In this document: positions 1-7,525 of the stretch, piece by piece
How positions within the stretch are numbered: position 1 is the first letter of the stretch
Layout: every line of letters begins with the position of its first letter
NCBI GenBank assembly: GCA_021775595.1
Contig: JAJFHN010000072.1
Span: forward strand, 81,728-105,727
DNA length: 24,000 nucleotides
Origin: Hyphomicrobiales bacterium
Lineage (GTDB): Bacteria; Pseudomonadota; Alphaproteobacteria; Rhizobiales; Methyloligellaceae
Direction: 5' to 3'
The notes under the pieces: model-generated
Seen by the model: only the letters and a program-made list of their open reading frames with translations
What the model was told of the DNA's origin: nothing
The model's database searches: none
Translations under genes and position numbers: made by a program

Positions 1-95
1 AGGCCGCAAAACTCGGCAATTTGGTCGAAGGTGAGCGACGTATTGTCGACCAGCCATACGGCTGTCGCCTTCGGCATAAGTGGCGCGCGAGTCAT
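1..95 (-). CDS. DUF1013/TrcR-like protein, N-terminal fragment (gene runs off the left edge)
   Basis: The reverse strand has ATG at 95..93, preceded by GGAG. It translates MTRAPLMPKATAVWLVDNTSLTFDQIAEFCG, which matches the conserved N-terminus I recognise for the alphaproteobacterial DUF1013 family. It is absent from the ORF track because the frame is truncated by the window edge. Confidence 0.7.
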   Translation of the reverse strand, partial: MTRAPLMPKATAVWLVDNTSLTFDQIAEFCG

Positions 96-245
96 AGATG
101 CTCCTTCTGCGCTCTCAAACCAACAGGTCAGAGAGGTCTTCCTCATCCATTAAGTGGGGAATAGCGTCAATATAAGGTGCCAGCTGCCGTGAAGCAATCG
201 TGACGCGGAACTTGTTCATTGATGCTGGGCTGCTGCCCGCGTCCG

Positions 246-1241
246 TCAATCGACGGTCAGCACGATTTTGCCGATATGCGTGCTGGTATCCATCAATTGA
301 TGGGCCTCCACCGCCTCCTTGAGCGGAAACGTCGCGTACATGATGGGTTTGATCTTTCCGTCCGCAATGAGCGGCCAGACTTTCGTTTCCATGGTCCGGG
401 CCAGTTCCCCTTTGAAGGCGTTAGGGCGCGCGCGCAATGTCGAGCCGGTATGAACAAGCCGCTTCATCATCAGCAGCGTAAAATCCACCTCCGTCTTGGC
501 GCCCCCAAGAAAAGCGATCTGTACAATTCGACCATCAAGGGCTGCCGCCCGATAGTTGCGTTCGATGTAGCTGCCGCCGACCATGTCGAGAATAACGTCG
601 GCGCCGTGACCGTCTGTCGCCTCCTGGACCGCCTCAACAAAATCGGTGTCCCGATAATTGATGCAGCGCTCCGCACCGAGTTTTTGGCACGCGGCGCATT
701 TGTCATCGGAGCCTGCCGTAGCCAAAACCTTCGAGCCGAACGCGCTCGCCAACTGAATGGCCGTTGTGCCGATTCCGCTGGATCCGCCATGAACAAGCAG
801 CCATTCGCCTTCACGCAAAGCGCCGCGGTCAAACACATTGTGCCAAACAGTGAAATAGGTTTCCGGAAGTGCGGCGGCCTCAGCCATGCTCAATCCGGCT
901 GGAACAGACATCGCCGATACATCGGGCGCGACGCAGTATTCAGCATACCCGCCGCCATTGACGAGCGCACAGACCTGATCACCGACTTTGTGCATCTTTG
1001 CCTCAGCGCCGAGCGCAACGACCTCGCCAGCGACCTCGAGTCCGGGTAATTCCGATGCTCCCTTCGGTGGCGGATATGCGCCCATGCGCTGGAGAATGTC
1101 GGGCCGATTGATGCCTGCGGCAGCGACCTTGATCAGGATCTCGTCGACTGCCGGCTCCGGCACCGGCTGCGTGCAGGCCTCAAGCACCTCCGGTCCACCC
1201 GGTTGCGTGATCCGAATGGCTGTCATTTCTTGTGCTGTCAT
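246..1241 (-). CDS. qor: NADPH:quinone oxidoreductase (zinc-type alcohol dehydrogenase / MDR superfamily)
   Basis: This is a 331-aa ORF. It has the GroES-like N-terminus (ILIKVAAAGINRPDILQRMGAYPPP), the Rossmann motif LLVHGGSSGIGTTAIQLA and a C-terminal GKIVLTV typical of Qor/PIG3-type reductases. Confidence 0.9.
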   Translation of the reverse strand: MTAQEMTAIRITQPGGPEVLEACTQPVPEPAVDEILIKVAAAGINRPDILQRMGAYPPPKGASELPGLEVAGEVVALGAEAKMHKVGDQVCALVNGGGYAEYCVAPDVSAMSVPAGLSMAEAAALPETYFTVWHNVFDRGALREGEWLLVHGGSSGIGTTAIQLASAFGSKVLATAGSDDKCAACQKLGAERCINYRDTDFVEAVQEATDGHGADVILDMVGGSYIERNYRAAALDGRIVQIAFLGGAKTEVDFTLLMMKRLVHTGSTLRARPNAFKGELARTMETKVWPLIADGKIKPIMYATFPLKEAVEAHQLMDTSTHIGKIVLTVD

Positions 1242-1407
1242 TGTGTCAAACCGGTCTCTCGTTGATGAAGGCCAATGGAGCCGTCAAATAACTGCTGCGC
1301 CGACGACCGGCAAGACCATATGTGATTGGCTGTGGTTCTGGACACATTGAATCGATGCTAGCTTGGCGTGCCGATGCGGCCGTGTGGCTTGATGAGGAGC
1401 CTGTGTG

Positions 1408-1596
1408 ATGGATTTCGATGACCTCGACCCAGCAGAATCCACCGACTACACCGTCGGCGCCGATCTCTCGGAGCTGTCGGTGGATGAGCTGAATGACCTG
1501 ATAACCCTGCTGAAAGATGAAATCGGGCGTATCGAGCAAAACATGAAGGAAAAGGAAGCCCAGCTCAGCGCCGCTGACTCGGTGTTCAAGGCGTGA
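1408..1596 (+). CDS. DUF1192 family small coiled-coil protein
   Basis: The 62-aa product has the pattern LSELSVDELNDLITLLKDEIGRIEQNMKEKEAQLSAADSVFK, characteristic of alphaproteobacterial DUF1192. GAGGAG at 1394-1399 lies 8 nt upstream of ATG 1408. The track start at GTG 1405 is one codon upstream. Confidence 0.8.
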   Translation: MDFDDLDPAESTDYTVGADLSELSVDELNDLITLLKDEIGRIEQNMKEKEAQLSAADSVFKA

Positions 1597-1686
1597 TTGA
1601 ACATAAATTATTGAATAATAATGATAAAATGAGGAGCTTCCGGCGAGAAATGTTGAGGATTTGGTTAGGATAACAATGTGTGTCTC

Positions 1687-1723
1687 TTAACCATTTGTTA
1701 GCAAGTTAAGGGTTAAGGTTAAG
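1687..1723. promoter_or_regulatory. CtrA-box-like site (TTAA-N7-TTAGC) followed by three GTTAAG direct repeats
   Basis: TTAACCATTTGTTAGC at 1687-1702 matches the CtrA consensus TTAA-N7-TTAAC at 8 of 9 specified positions and contains the TTAACCAT 8-mer. GTTAAG occurs at 1705-1710, 1712-1717 and 1718-1723. Further TTAAC-type words are GTTAAC at 1779-1784 and TTAACC at 1834-1839. Confidence 0.45.
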
Positions 1724-1815
1724 TCATCCAGTCATCTGGATAACGAGTGGCTCCGGCCACTCTGTTTGACGCCTCCCTGTTAACTTCCAGAGCCGCTCAC
1801 GCGGCTCTTTTTTTT
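1724..1815 (+). ncRNA. Candidate trans-acting sRNA (three hairpins, single-stranded CCUCCC anti-SD motif, intrinsic terminator)
   Basis: Hairpin 1 is ATCCAG-tcat-CTGGAT (1726-1741). Hairpin 2 is GAGTGGC-tccg-GCCACTC (1745-1762). An unpaired GCCTCCCTG lies at 1771-1779, and the terminator hairpin plus T-run lies at 1789-1815. No ORF explains this stretch. The 5' end is not defined and could lie further upstream. Confidence 0.45.
1789..1815 (+). terminator. Rho-independent terminator
   Basis: AGAGCCGC-tcac-GCGGCTCT is a perfect GC-rich 8-bp stem, and its 3' arm runs directly into a run of eight T. It is the cleanest intrinsic terminator in the window. Confidence 0.8.
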
Positions 1816-1960
1816 ACCATAAGGCCAATGTCTTTAACCAAGGACGTGGTCTGTAAGGTGGAAATTAAGTCTCCTCCCGTATGCTCGTTGTACCTGGAAT
1901 GGGCCGTGGCGATTGGTAATTCGCCGCAGTAGGGGCCTGGTGTAGAGAGCGAGTGGTCGA

Positions 1961-2503
1961 GTGAGCGGTAATTCGAGCGATGATGGCAACAACCGCGAAA
2001 CCGCGGTAACCATCGATTTTGCAAAGAAATATGCGGAGTCCGAGCAGTTCAAGGCGGTTTTCCGTGAGGGAATGGCGCTGGTTGAAGCGACGGCTGCCTA
2101 TCTTGACGGTGATGGGCGCCGCGAGGCGCGCGCCCTGGAGCAGAATGCCGCTTTGGCCTATGCGAGCGAGAGCATGCGGCTGACAACCCGGCTGATGCAG
2201 CTGGCGTCTTGGCTTCTCATTCGCCGCGCCGTCACCGAAGGCGAAATGACACCGTTTGAGGCACTGGAACAAAATAACCGCATCGCACTGAAGCCATTCG
2301 ACGAGTCAGAGCGCTCGGCCCATTTCGAGGCTCTGCCGACATCGTTGAAGGATCTCATTGATACGACAAATCGCCTGCTGGTCCGGGTCGTTAAGATCGA
2401 CCACATGCTGAGCGATGAGCCCAACGACGACGTGCCAAAAATCGGCAATCCGCTCGGCGTTCAGATGGCACGCCTATCGGCTGCGTTCGACAACGACATC
2501 TAA
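1961..2503 (+). CDS. rcdA: Regulator of CtrA degradation RcdA (DUF1465 family)
   Basis: The 180-aa ORF contains FKAVFREGMALVEATAAYLDGDGR...AYASESMRLTTRLMQLASWLLIRRAV, the conserved RcdA/DUF1465 core. GTG 1961 is the only in-frame start upstream of the conserved block, and its SD is weak. Confidence 0.85.
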   Translation: MSGNSSDDGNNRETAVTIDFAKKYAESEQFKAVFREGMALVEATAAYLDGDGRREARALEQNAALAYASESMRLTTRLMQLASWLLIRRAVTEGEMTPFEALEQNNRIALKPFDESERSAHFEALPTSLKDLIDTTNRLLVRVVKIDHMLSDEPNDDVPKIGNPLGVQMARLSAAFDNDI

Positions 2504-2533
2504 GTCGACCTGACAGCGCGATCCGCGCTCAAG

Positions 2534-2755
2534 CTATTTGATGAAGCCTTCGTATTTCTTCTTGAATCGGCTTACGCGGCCGCCCCGGTCAACGAGATGC
2601 TGACCGCCACCGGTCCATGCCGGATGGGTTTTGGGATCGATGTCCAGCGTGAGCACATCGCCCTCAGATCCATAGGTCGAGTAGGTCTCAAACTCGGTCC
2701 CGTCGGTCATCACGACCTTGATCTTATGATAATCGGGGTGAATTTCTTTCTTCAT
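2534..2755 (-). CDS. rpmE: 50S ribosomal protein L31
   Basis: [50 protein letters not shown]...RFKKKYEGF is a canonical L31 of 73 aa with no Cys residues. The track ORF 2534..3130 is an upstream read-through of the same frame. The true start is ATG at 2755. Confidence 0.93.
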   Translation of the reverse strand: MKKEIHPDYHKIKVVMTDGTEFETYSTYGSEGDVLTLDIDPKTHPAWTGGGQHLVDRGGRVSRFKKKYEGFIK

Positions 2756-2940
2756 CGATGCCGCCAAAGGTTGATTTGACCCTCCTATATCTAAACACCA
2801 ACTACAACACAAGGCGTGCATATCGGAGTGAAGCTCATTAGACCTTGCTGCCTGCCGCCATTTTGGGGCGTCGGGCTTGCGCGGACTGCTCCCACTGGGC
2901 ATTCTCGGCTCGATCAAAACCGTTACCCAGAGTATCTCGA

Positions 2941-4776
2941 TTGACCTCAGCATCGCCACGCGACACGGAAGCTTCTGCCGATGCGACCGTCGATGATGTA
3001 TCCGAAGCGTCCGATAAGCGCGCCGCCCGCACGCTGCGTCCTCTGACGACATTTTGGCCGTATCTTGCGCGCCATCGCGCAATGATTGTCGTTGCATTGA
3101 TCGCACTTCTCGCCGCCGCTGCCGCCACACTGGCGCTGCCGATGGGTGTTCGGCGCATGATCGATATGGGTTTTTCGGGCGAGAACGCGGGCGTAATCGA
3201 TCAGTATTTTGCGATGATGGTTATGATCGGTCTGGTCTTAGCCCTGGCCAGCGCGGCGCGTTTTTATTGTGTGATGTGGTTGGGTGAGCGGGTCGTTGCA
3301 GACGTGCGCTCAGATATATTTGACCACATCACCAGATTGAGCCCGGCTTTCTATGAGACCACCCGTTCAGGCGAGGTGATGTCTCGGTTGACGGCCGACA
3401 CCACGCAAATAAAGTCGGCCTTTGGCGCGACGGCCTCGATGGCGCTGCGCAATTTCGTCCTCCTGATTGGCGCGATCGTCATGATGGTTATCACCAGCCT
3501 CAAGCTCTCCACATTGGTGCTCGTCGCCATTCCGCTCATCGTCGCGCCGCTCGTTGGTTACGGACGATTGGTGCGTAGGCTTTCACGCAGCGCGCAAGAT
3601 ACGCTGGCTGAAGCGTCGGCCTATGCCAGTGAGAACCTCTCGGCTGTGCAGACCCTGCAGGCATTTACCCATGAAGCAGCGGCCACCCGGCGCTTCGCCA
3701 GCGCGGTCGAGCTTTCATTCGACGCGGCAAATGCGCGCTCCAAGGCGCGCTCGGGCCTGACGGCGCTCGCAATTTTTTTGGTGTTCGGCAGCGTTGTCGG
3801 CGTCTTGTGGTATGGCGCGCAGGAGGTGATTGCTGGAACGATCACTGGCGGGCGCCTCGGGCAGTTCGTGCTCTACGCCGCGCTGGCGGCAAGCGCCATG
3901 GGTGTGTTGAGCGAAATATGGGGCGAAATGCAACAGGCCGCCGGCGCGGCCGAGCGTCTTGCCGAACTGCTTCACGCCAAATCAGCGATCGTCTCGCCGG
4001 CGCGTCCGGCGGACTTTCCCGAGCATGCTGAGGGCCGCATCGAGATGGACGCGGTCACATTCAGCTATCCTTCGAGGCCCGAGATAAAGGCTCTTGATGG
4101 CGTCTCCTTCACCGTCGAACCCGGCGAGCGCGTTGCTATTGTCGGACCGTCGGGCGCTGGAAAGAGCACAGTCTTTTCGCTGTTGTTGCGGTTTTACGAT
4201 CCCCAGTCGGGCTCGGTGCGGATCGATGGCGTGCCCGTGAACAAGGCCGATCTGAGGGCTGTACGCAGATCCATCGCCACGGTGCCCCAGGAGACGGCGC
4301 TGTTTGCAGACACCGTCGCCGAGAACATCCGCTACGGCGCACCGGAAGCAAGCGACAAGCAAGTTCACGCCGCAGCCAAGGCGGCATTGGCGAGCGAGTT
4401 TATCGAAGCTTTGCCCAACGGTTTCGATACCCAGCTGGGTGAGCGCGGCGTTATGCTGTCAGGAGGCCAACGGCAGCGCATCGCCATCGCTCGCGCGATT
4501 CTGAGAGATGCGCCAATACTTCTGCTCGATGAGGCAACCAGCGCCCTCGATGCCGAGAGCGAAAAGCTCGTTCAATTGGCGCTTGATCACGTCATGGAAG
4601 GCCGAACAACGCTGGTTATCGCTCACCGCCTGGCAACCGTGTTGCAGGCAGATCGCATACTGGTCTTGAGCGGCGGACGCATAGTGGAGGAAGGCAACCA
4701 CAAGGCGTTGGTCAAAAACAAAGGTCACTATGCACGGTTGGCCAAACTGCAATTTGACGTTCGGGCAGCCGAGTGA
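2941..4776 (+). CDS. ABCB-type exporter (fused transmembrane domain plus ATPase; MsbA/ATM1-like)
   Basis: The product has a six-helix TMD followed by Walker [10 protein letters not shown], the ABC signature LSGGQRQR, Walker [13 protein letters not shown] and the H-loop AHRL. The open frame extends to TTG 2845, but residues before 2941 are Cys/Trp/Arg-rich and do not look protein-like. TTG 2941 gives 611 aa, typical for the family. The start remains uncertain (2845, 2863 or 2941). Confidence 0.9.
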   Translation: MTSASPRDTEASADATVDDVSEASDKRAARTLRPLTTFWPYLARHRAMIVVALIALLAAAAATLALPMGVRRMIDMGFSGENAGVIDQYFAMMVMIGLVLALASAARFYCVMWLGERVVADVRSDIFDHITRLSPAFYETTRSGEVMSRLTADTTQIKSAFGATASMALRNFVLLIGAIVMMVITSLKLSTLVLVAIPLIVAPLVGYGRLVRRLSRSAQDTLAEASAYASENLSAVQTLQAFTHEAAATRRFASAVELSFDAANARSKARSGLTALAIFLVFGSVVGVLWYGAQEVIAGTITGGRLGQFVLYAALAASAMGVLSEIWGEMQQAAGAAERLAELLHAKSAIVSPARPADFPEHAEGRIEMDAVTFSYPSRPEIKALDGVSFTVEPGERVAIVGPSGAGKSTVFSLLLRFYDPQSGSVRIDGVPVNKADLRAVRRSIATVPQETALFADTVAENIRYGAPEASDKQVHAAAKAALASEFIEALPNGFDTQLGERGVMLSGGQRQRIAIARAILRDAPILLLDEATSALDAESEKLVQLALDHVMEGRTTLVIAHRLATVLQADRILVLSGGRIVEEGNHKALVKNKGHYARLAKLQFDVRAAE

Positions 4777-4819
4777 CCGCTTGATGCGTTCTCAAGTGCG
4801 GGTCATCAGAACTGCAACT

Positions 4820-5239
4820 TTATTTCTTGACCAAAGCGTCACGAATTTCCTCCAGCAGAACTTCTGACCTCGGCGGAACCGCCGGCGCCTCTTCCTTCTC
4901 GTGCTCCAACCGCTGCCGGGCTTCGTTCATCGCCTTGATCACCACAAAGAGTGCAAAGGCGACAATCAAGAAGCTGATCACCGAATTGACGAACAAGCCC
5001 CAATTGAGCGTCACCGCACCCGCTTCCTTTGCCGCCTCCAACGTCGGGCTGTCGGGTCCCTTGAGCGTGATAAAGAAGTTGCTGAAATCCACACCGCCGA
5101 GCGCTAGCCCGATCGGCGGCATCAGCATGTCATCGACAAGTGATTTAACAATGGTGCCGAAAGCGCCGCCGATGACGATGCCGACAGCCATGTCGACAAC
5201 ATTGCCGCGCATGGCGAAGTCGCGAAATTCCTTGAACAT
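4820..5239 (-). CDS. mscL: Large-conductance mechanosensitive channel
   Basis: [44 protein letters not shown] is the hallmark MscL N-terminus and TM1, in a 139-aa product. A strong SD (GAGGAGGG) lies upstream of the ATG. Confidence 0.95.
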   Translation of the reverse strand: MFKEFRDFAMRGNVVDMAVGIVIGGAFGTIVKSLVDDMLMPPIGLALGGVDFSNFFITLKGPDSPTLEAAKEAGAVTLNWGLFVNSVISFLIVAFALFVVIKAMNEARQRLEHEKEEAPAVPPRSEVLLEEIRDALVKK

Positions 5240-5333
5240 AGTCCCTCCTCGGTTTGTCGATGATGGGTAAAACGACGCCCGTTTAACACGAGGGGGAAGC
5301 AGGAAAAATCTTTCGATGGCAAACTTATTGAAA

Positions 5334-6362
5334 TCAGCGCTCGGTCAGCTTGAGTTCTATGCGGCGGTTTCGACGCAGCGCGGCCGCACTGTCGGTCTTA
5401 TCCAAAGGTTGAAACTCGCCAAATCCGGCAGCCACCAAGCGTTTGGGCGAGACGCCGCGCGCAATCAGATATTGCACGACCGACAGCGCCCGTGCGCTGG
5501 AGAGCTCCCAATTTGAAGGAAACTGCTCGGTGGCAATCGGGTTTATGTCGGTGTGGCCGTCGATCCTGAGAACCCAATTGATTTCACCCGGGATGGTTCC
5601 CTCGAGTTGGCCGAGCGCGGCCGCGAGCTTATCCAATTGAGCGCGGCCGATCTCATTGACCTCAGCCGAACCTGAAGCAAAAAGCACCTCAGCTTGGAAG
5701 ACAAAGCGGTCTCCCACGATACGGATGTCTTGGCGCTGTCCGAGCACTTCACGCAGGCGACCGAAAAACTCCGACCTGAAGCGCGCGAGTTCCTGCACCC
5801 GCTTTGCCAGCGCGACGTTCAACCGCTTTCCCAAGTCAGCGATGCGTGTTTGGCTCTCCTGATCGCGCTTCTCGGAGGCTTCAAGCGCCTGTTCCAAAGC
5901 GCCGAGCTGGCGCCGCAGGGCCGCGATTTGTTGGTTTAGAAGTTCGACACGAGCCAATGCATCGGCGCTGATCGACTTCTGTTCGTCGAGATTCTCGCCA
6001 AACGACGTCGCCCGGGCGCGGTCTTTTTCAGACTTGTCGTTTTGTGTTTCCAGTAAGCCGCGCAACCGCGTGTTCTCAGCTTCGCTCGCAGCAAGCGTGG
6101 CCGACAATGCGCTCAAACCGTCGTCCACCGATTTCTTGCCCGATTGCTCGAGTGCCAGAAGTTCGGTCAGTTGGGCGATTTGCACATTGAGCCGCCGCAG
6201 CACATTGTCCTTGCCGCTGGCTTCCTGTGTGATGAAATATTGCGCTAGCATAAAGAGCGAGAGCAGAAATGTGACGACAAGCAGCAACGTGGCCATGGCA
6301 TCGACGAAGCCAGGCCAATAATCGGCGGCGAACCCGCGCCGGCGTGAGCGGCTCAACGCCAT
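5334..6362 (-). CDS. MotB-like stator B subunit: N-terminal TM helix with conserved Asp, long coiled coil, C-terminal OmpA-type peptidoglycan-binding domain
   Basis: The 342-aa product has a basic N-terminus followed by [20 protein letters not shown], where Asp21 occupies the MotB/TolR/ExbD position. About 160 residues of heptad-like sequence follow. The C-terminus has the OmpA-like motifs IDGHTD...NWELSSARA...NRRIELKL. Its start lies 2 nt after the stop of the upstream gene (TAAccATG). Confidence 0.85.
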   Translation of the reverse strand: MALSRSRRRGFAADYWPGFVDAMATLLLVVTFLLSLFMLAQYFITQEASGKDNVLRRLNVQIAQLTELLALEQSGKKSVDDGLSALSATLAASEAENTRLRGLLETQNDKSEKDRARATSFGENLDEQKSISADALARVELLNQQIAALRRQLGALEQALEASEKRDQESQTRIADLGKRLNVALAKRVQELARFRSEFFGRLREVLGQRQDIRIVGDRFVFQAEVLFASGSAEVNEIGRAQLDKLAAALGQLEGTIPGEINWVLRIDGHTDINPIATEQFPSNWELSSARALSVVQYLIARGVSPKRLVAAGFGEFQPLDKTDSAAALRRNRRIELKLTER

Positions 6363-6364
6363 GG

Positions 6365-7387
6365 TTATTTTCTCCCGCTCTGGCTGCTGCTGAGAGACTT
6401 GGCGCTGTCGCTGATTTGTTCGATCACCGTGGCCAGTTTTTGGTTCTTATCCGATTGCTCGTCGGCCCATTCGCGAATGATTTTTTGTTCATTGCGCATT
6501 TGGGTTACGAGCTTCTCGATGTTTTTTGCCAGCGCCTTAATGTCCTGCATCGCGTTGTCGTTGGCGCCATTCTTTTCGATCTTCTGGCCGAGATCGGAAA
6601 TGGAACGTTGGACGTCGACCAAAGCGAAGCGAATTTCGGGCTCACTATCGGGTTCGCTCTTGTCTCCGACGCCAATTTCCGTTGCACCGGCCAGCCAGTT
6701 TTCGAGCTCGTTGTAAAAACGGTTTTGCGCTTGGTTGGCTTGCAAATCGAGAAAGCCCAGGATGAGCGATCCGGCGAGACCGAACAGGGACGACGAAAAC
6801 GCCGTTCCCATGCCCGAGAGCGGCGCCTCCAGGCCAGCCTTAAGTTCCTCGAAAACAACGAGGCTGTCTCCGGCATTTGTGTCGAGCGCGGAAATTGTGC
6901 GGCCGACCGAACTGATTGTCTCAAGCAAGCCCCAAAAGGTGCCCAGCAGGCCGAGAAAAATAAGCAGCCCAACTAGGTAGCGCGAGATGTCGCGCGCTTC
7001 ATCCAAGCGCGAGGCAATCGAATCGAGGATCGATCGGGTAGAGTTGGTGGTCAGTGTGAACAGGCCCCGCCTGTCGCGCAGCATGGCCGCCATCGGCGCC
7101 AGCAGCACCGGTGCGCGCTGAGCCTTAAGACCTGGATCCGATACCCGAAAATTGTTCACCCAGCGGATTTCTCGATAGAGACGCAAGACCTGGCGGAAGG
7201 CGAAGATAATTCCGAAAATCAGAGCGCAAACGATCAGACCGTTGAGCCACATATTGGCCAGAAAAGCCCGCCAAATTTGCTCATAAAGAACCGCCGATAA
7301 AAAGGCGAAGAGAATGAGAGCGATCGTCATCCATTCCAGGTTTACCCGCGGATGCGATAGAGTTGGGTGCGGTTGTGATGCAGCCAT
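6365..7387 (-). CDS. MotA/TolQ/ExbB-family proton-channel A subunit with a C-terminal coiled-coil tail
   Basis: The 340-aa product has two N-terminal TM helices. The MotA_ExbB core follows (LLGTFWGLLETISSVG ... GMGTAFSSSLFGLAGSLILGFLDLQ). It ends in a hydrophilic E/K/Q-rich tail of about 125 aa (KALAKNIEKLVTQMRNEQKIIREWADEQ...). It is translationally coupled to the MotB-like gene. Confidence 0.85.
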   Translation of the reverse strand: MAASQPHPTLSHPRVNLEWMTIALILFAFLSAVLYEQIWRAFLANMWLNGLIVCALIFGIIFAFRQVLRLYREIRWVNNFRVSDPGLKAQRAPVLLAPMAAMLRDRRGLFTLTTNSTRSILDSIASRLDEARDISRYLVGLLIFLGLLGTFWGLLETISSVGRTISALDTNAGDSLVVFEELKAGLEAPLSGMGTAFSSSLFGLAGSLILGFLDLQANQAQNRFYNELENWLAGATEIGVGDKSEPDSEPEIRFALVDVQRSISDLGQKIEKNGANDNAMQDIKALAKNIEKLVTQMRNEQKIIREWADEQSDKNQKLATVIEQISDSAKSLSSSQSGRK

Positions 7388-7525
7388 GAGCGAGGTGAAC
7401 TCCTGCGTCTTTGGGCGCTCGCCCCCGCTGGCGCCTGAAATCTCAGGGTCTTTTTATGCGATCAGTTTGACATGATAACGGCACGAATATTCGATTGTTG
7501 AGACTGTCAAACGGCAGTTTTGCGC

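Noticed and set aside
219-1049. Long + strand ORF (276 aa) antisense to qor. Similar long shadow ORFs occur at 6344..6976, 7520..8296 (258 aa, almost the full length of suhB), 16797..17477, 18930..19505 and 21778..22377.
   Set aside because: In each case the opposite strand encodes a protein with unmistakable family motifs. The shadow ORF products are Arg/Cys/Trp/Pro-rich, low-complexity and without recognisable domains. This is the usual stop-codon-poor antisense frame of GC-rich coding DNA.
1629-1673. A 14-codon micro-ORF (MRSFRREMLRIWLG) in the AT-rich spacer.
   Set aside because: It has no SD and no supporting context, and is easily produced by chance in AT-rich sequence.
1600-1850. Possible replication origin: an AT-rich stretch, CtrA-box-like words and DnaA-box-like 9-mers (TTATCCAGA on the minus strand at 1735-1743, and TTAGGATAA at 1665-1673).
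   Set aside because: There are only one or two imperfect DnaA-box-like words. The region is short, contains a strong intrinsic terminator, and lacks the gene neighbourhood usually found at alphaproteobacterial origins (hemE region). A GC-skew and DnaA-box scan of the whole genome would settle it.
2515-2529. A short hairpin AGCGCG-atc-CGCGCT between the convergent rcdA and rpmE genes, considered as a bidirectional terminator.
   Set aside because: The stem is 6 bp with a 3-nt loop, and there is no clear U-tract on either strand. This is insufficient to call.
2756-3130. The 198-aa extension of the rpmE frame (track ORF 2534..3130).
   Set aside because: Canonical L31 begins at [10 protein letters not shown] (ATG 2755). 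The upstream residues are not protein-like and would overlap the divergently oriented ABC transporter gene.
5334-7387. Zorya-type anti-phage system (ZorA/ZorB).
   Set aside because: No ZorC/ZorD/ZorE-like effector genes are adjacent. The A-subunit tail is far shorter than ZorA tails. The locus is embedded in conserved housekeeping genes with no island hallmarks such as a tRNA, integrase or repeats. I kept it as a stator-like system of unknown function instead.
7431-7455. A weak hairpin (CCTGA-aatc-TCAGG) followed by TCTTTTT on the + strand, between suhB and the MotA-like gene.
   Set aside because: The stem is only 5 bp, and it lies on the strand opposite to both flanking genes. On the coding (minus) strand the T-run precedes rather than follows the stem.
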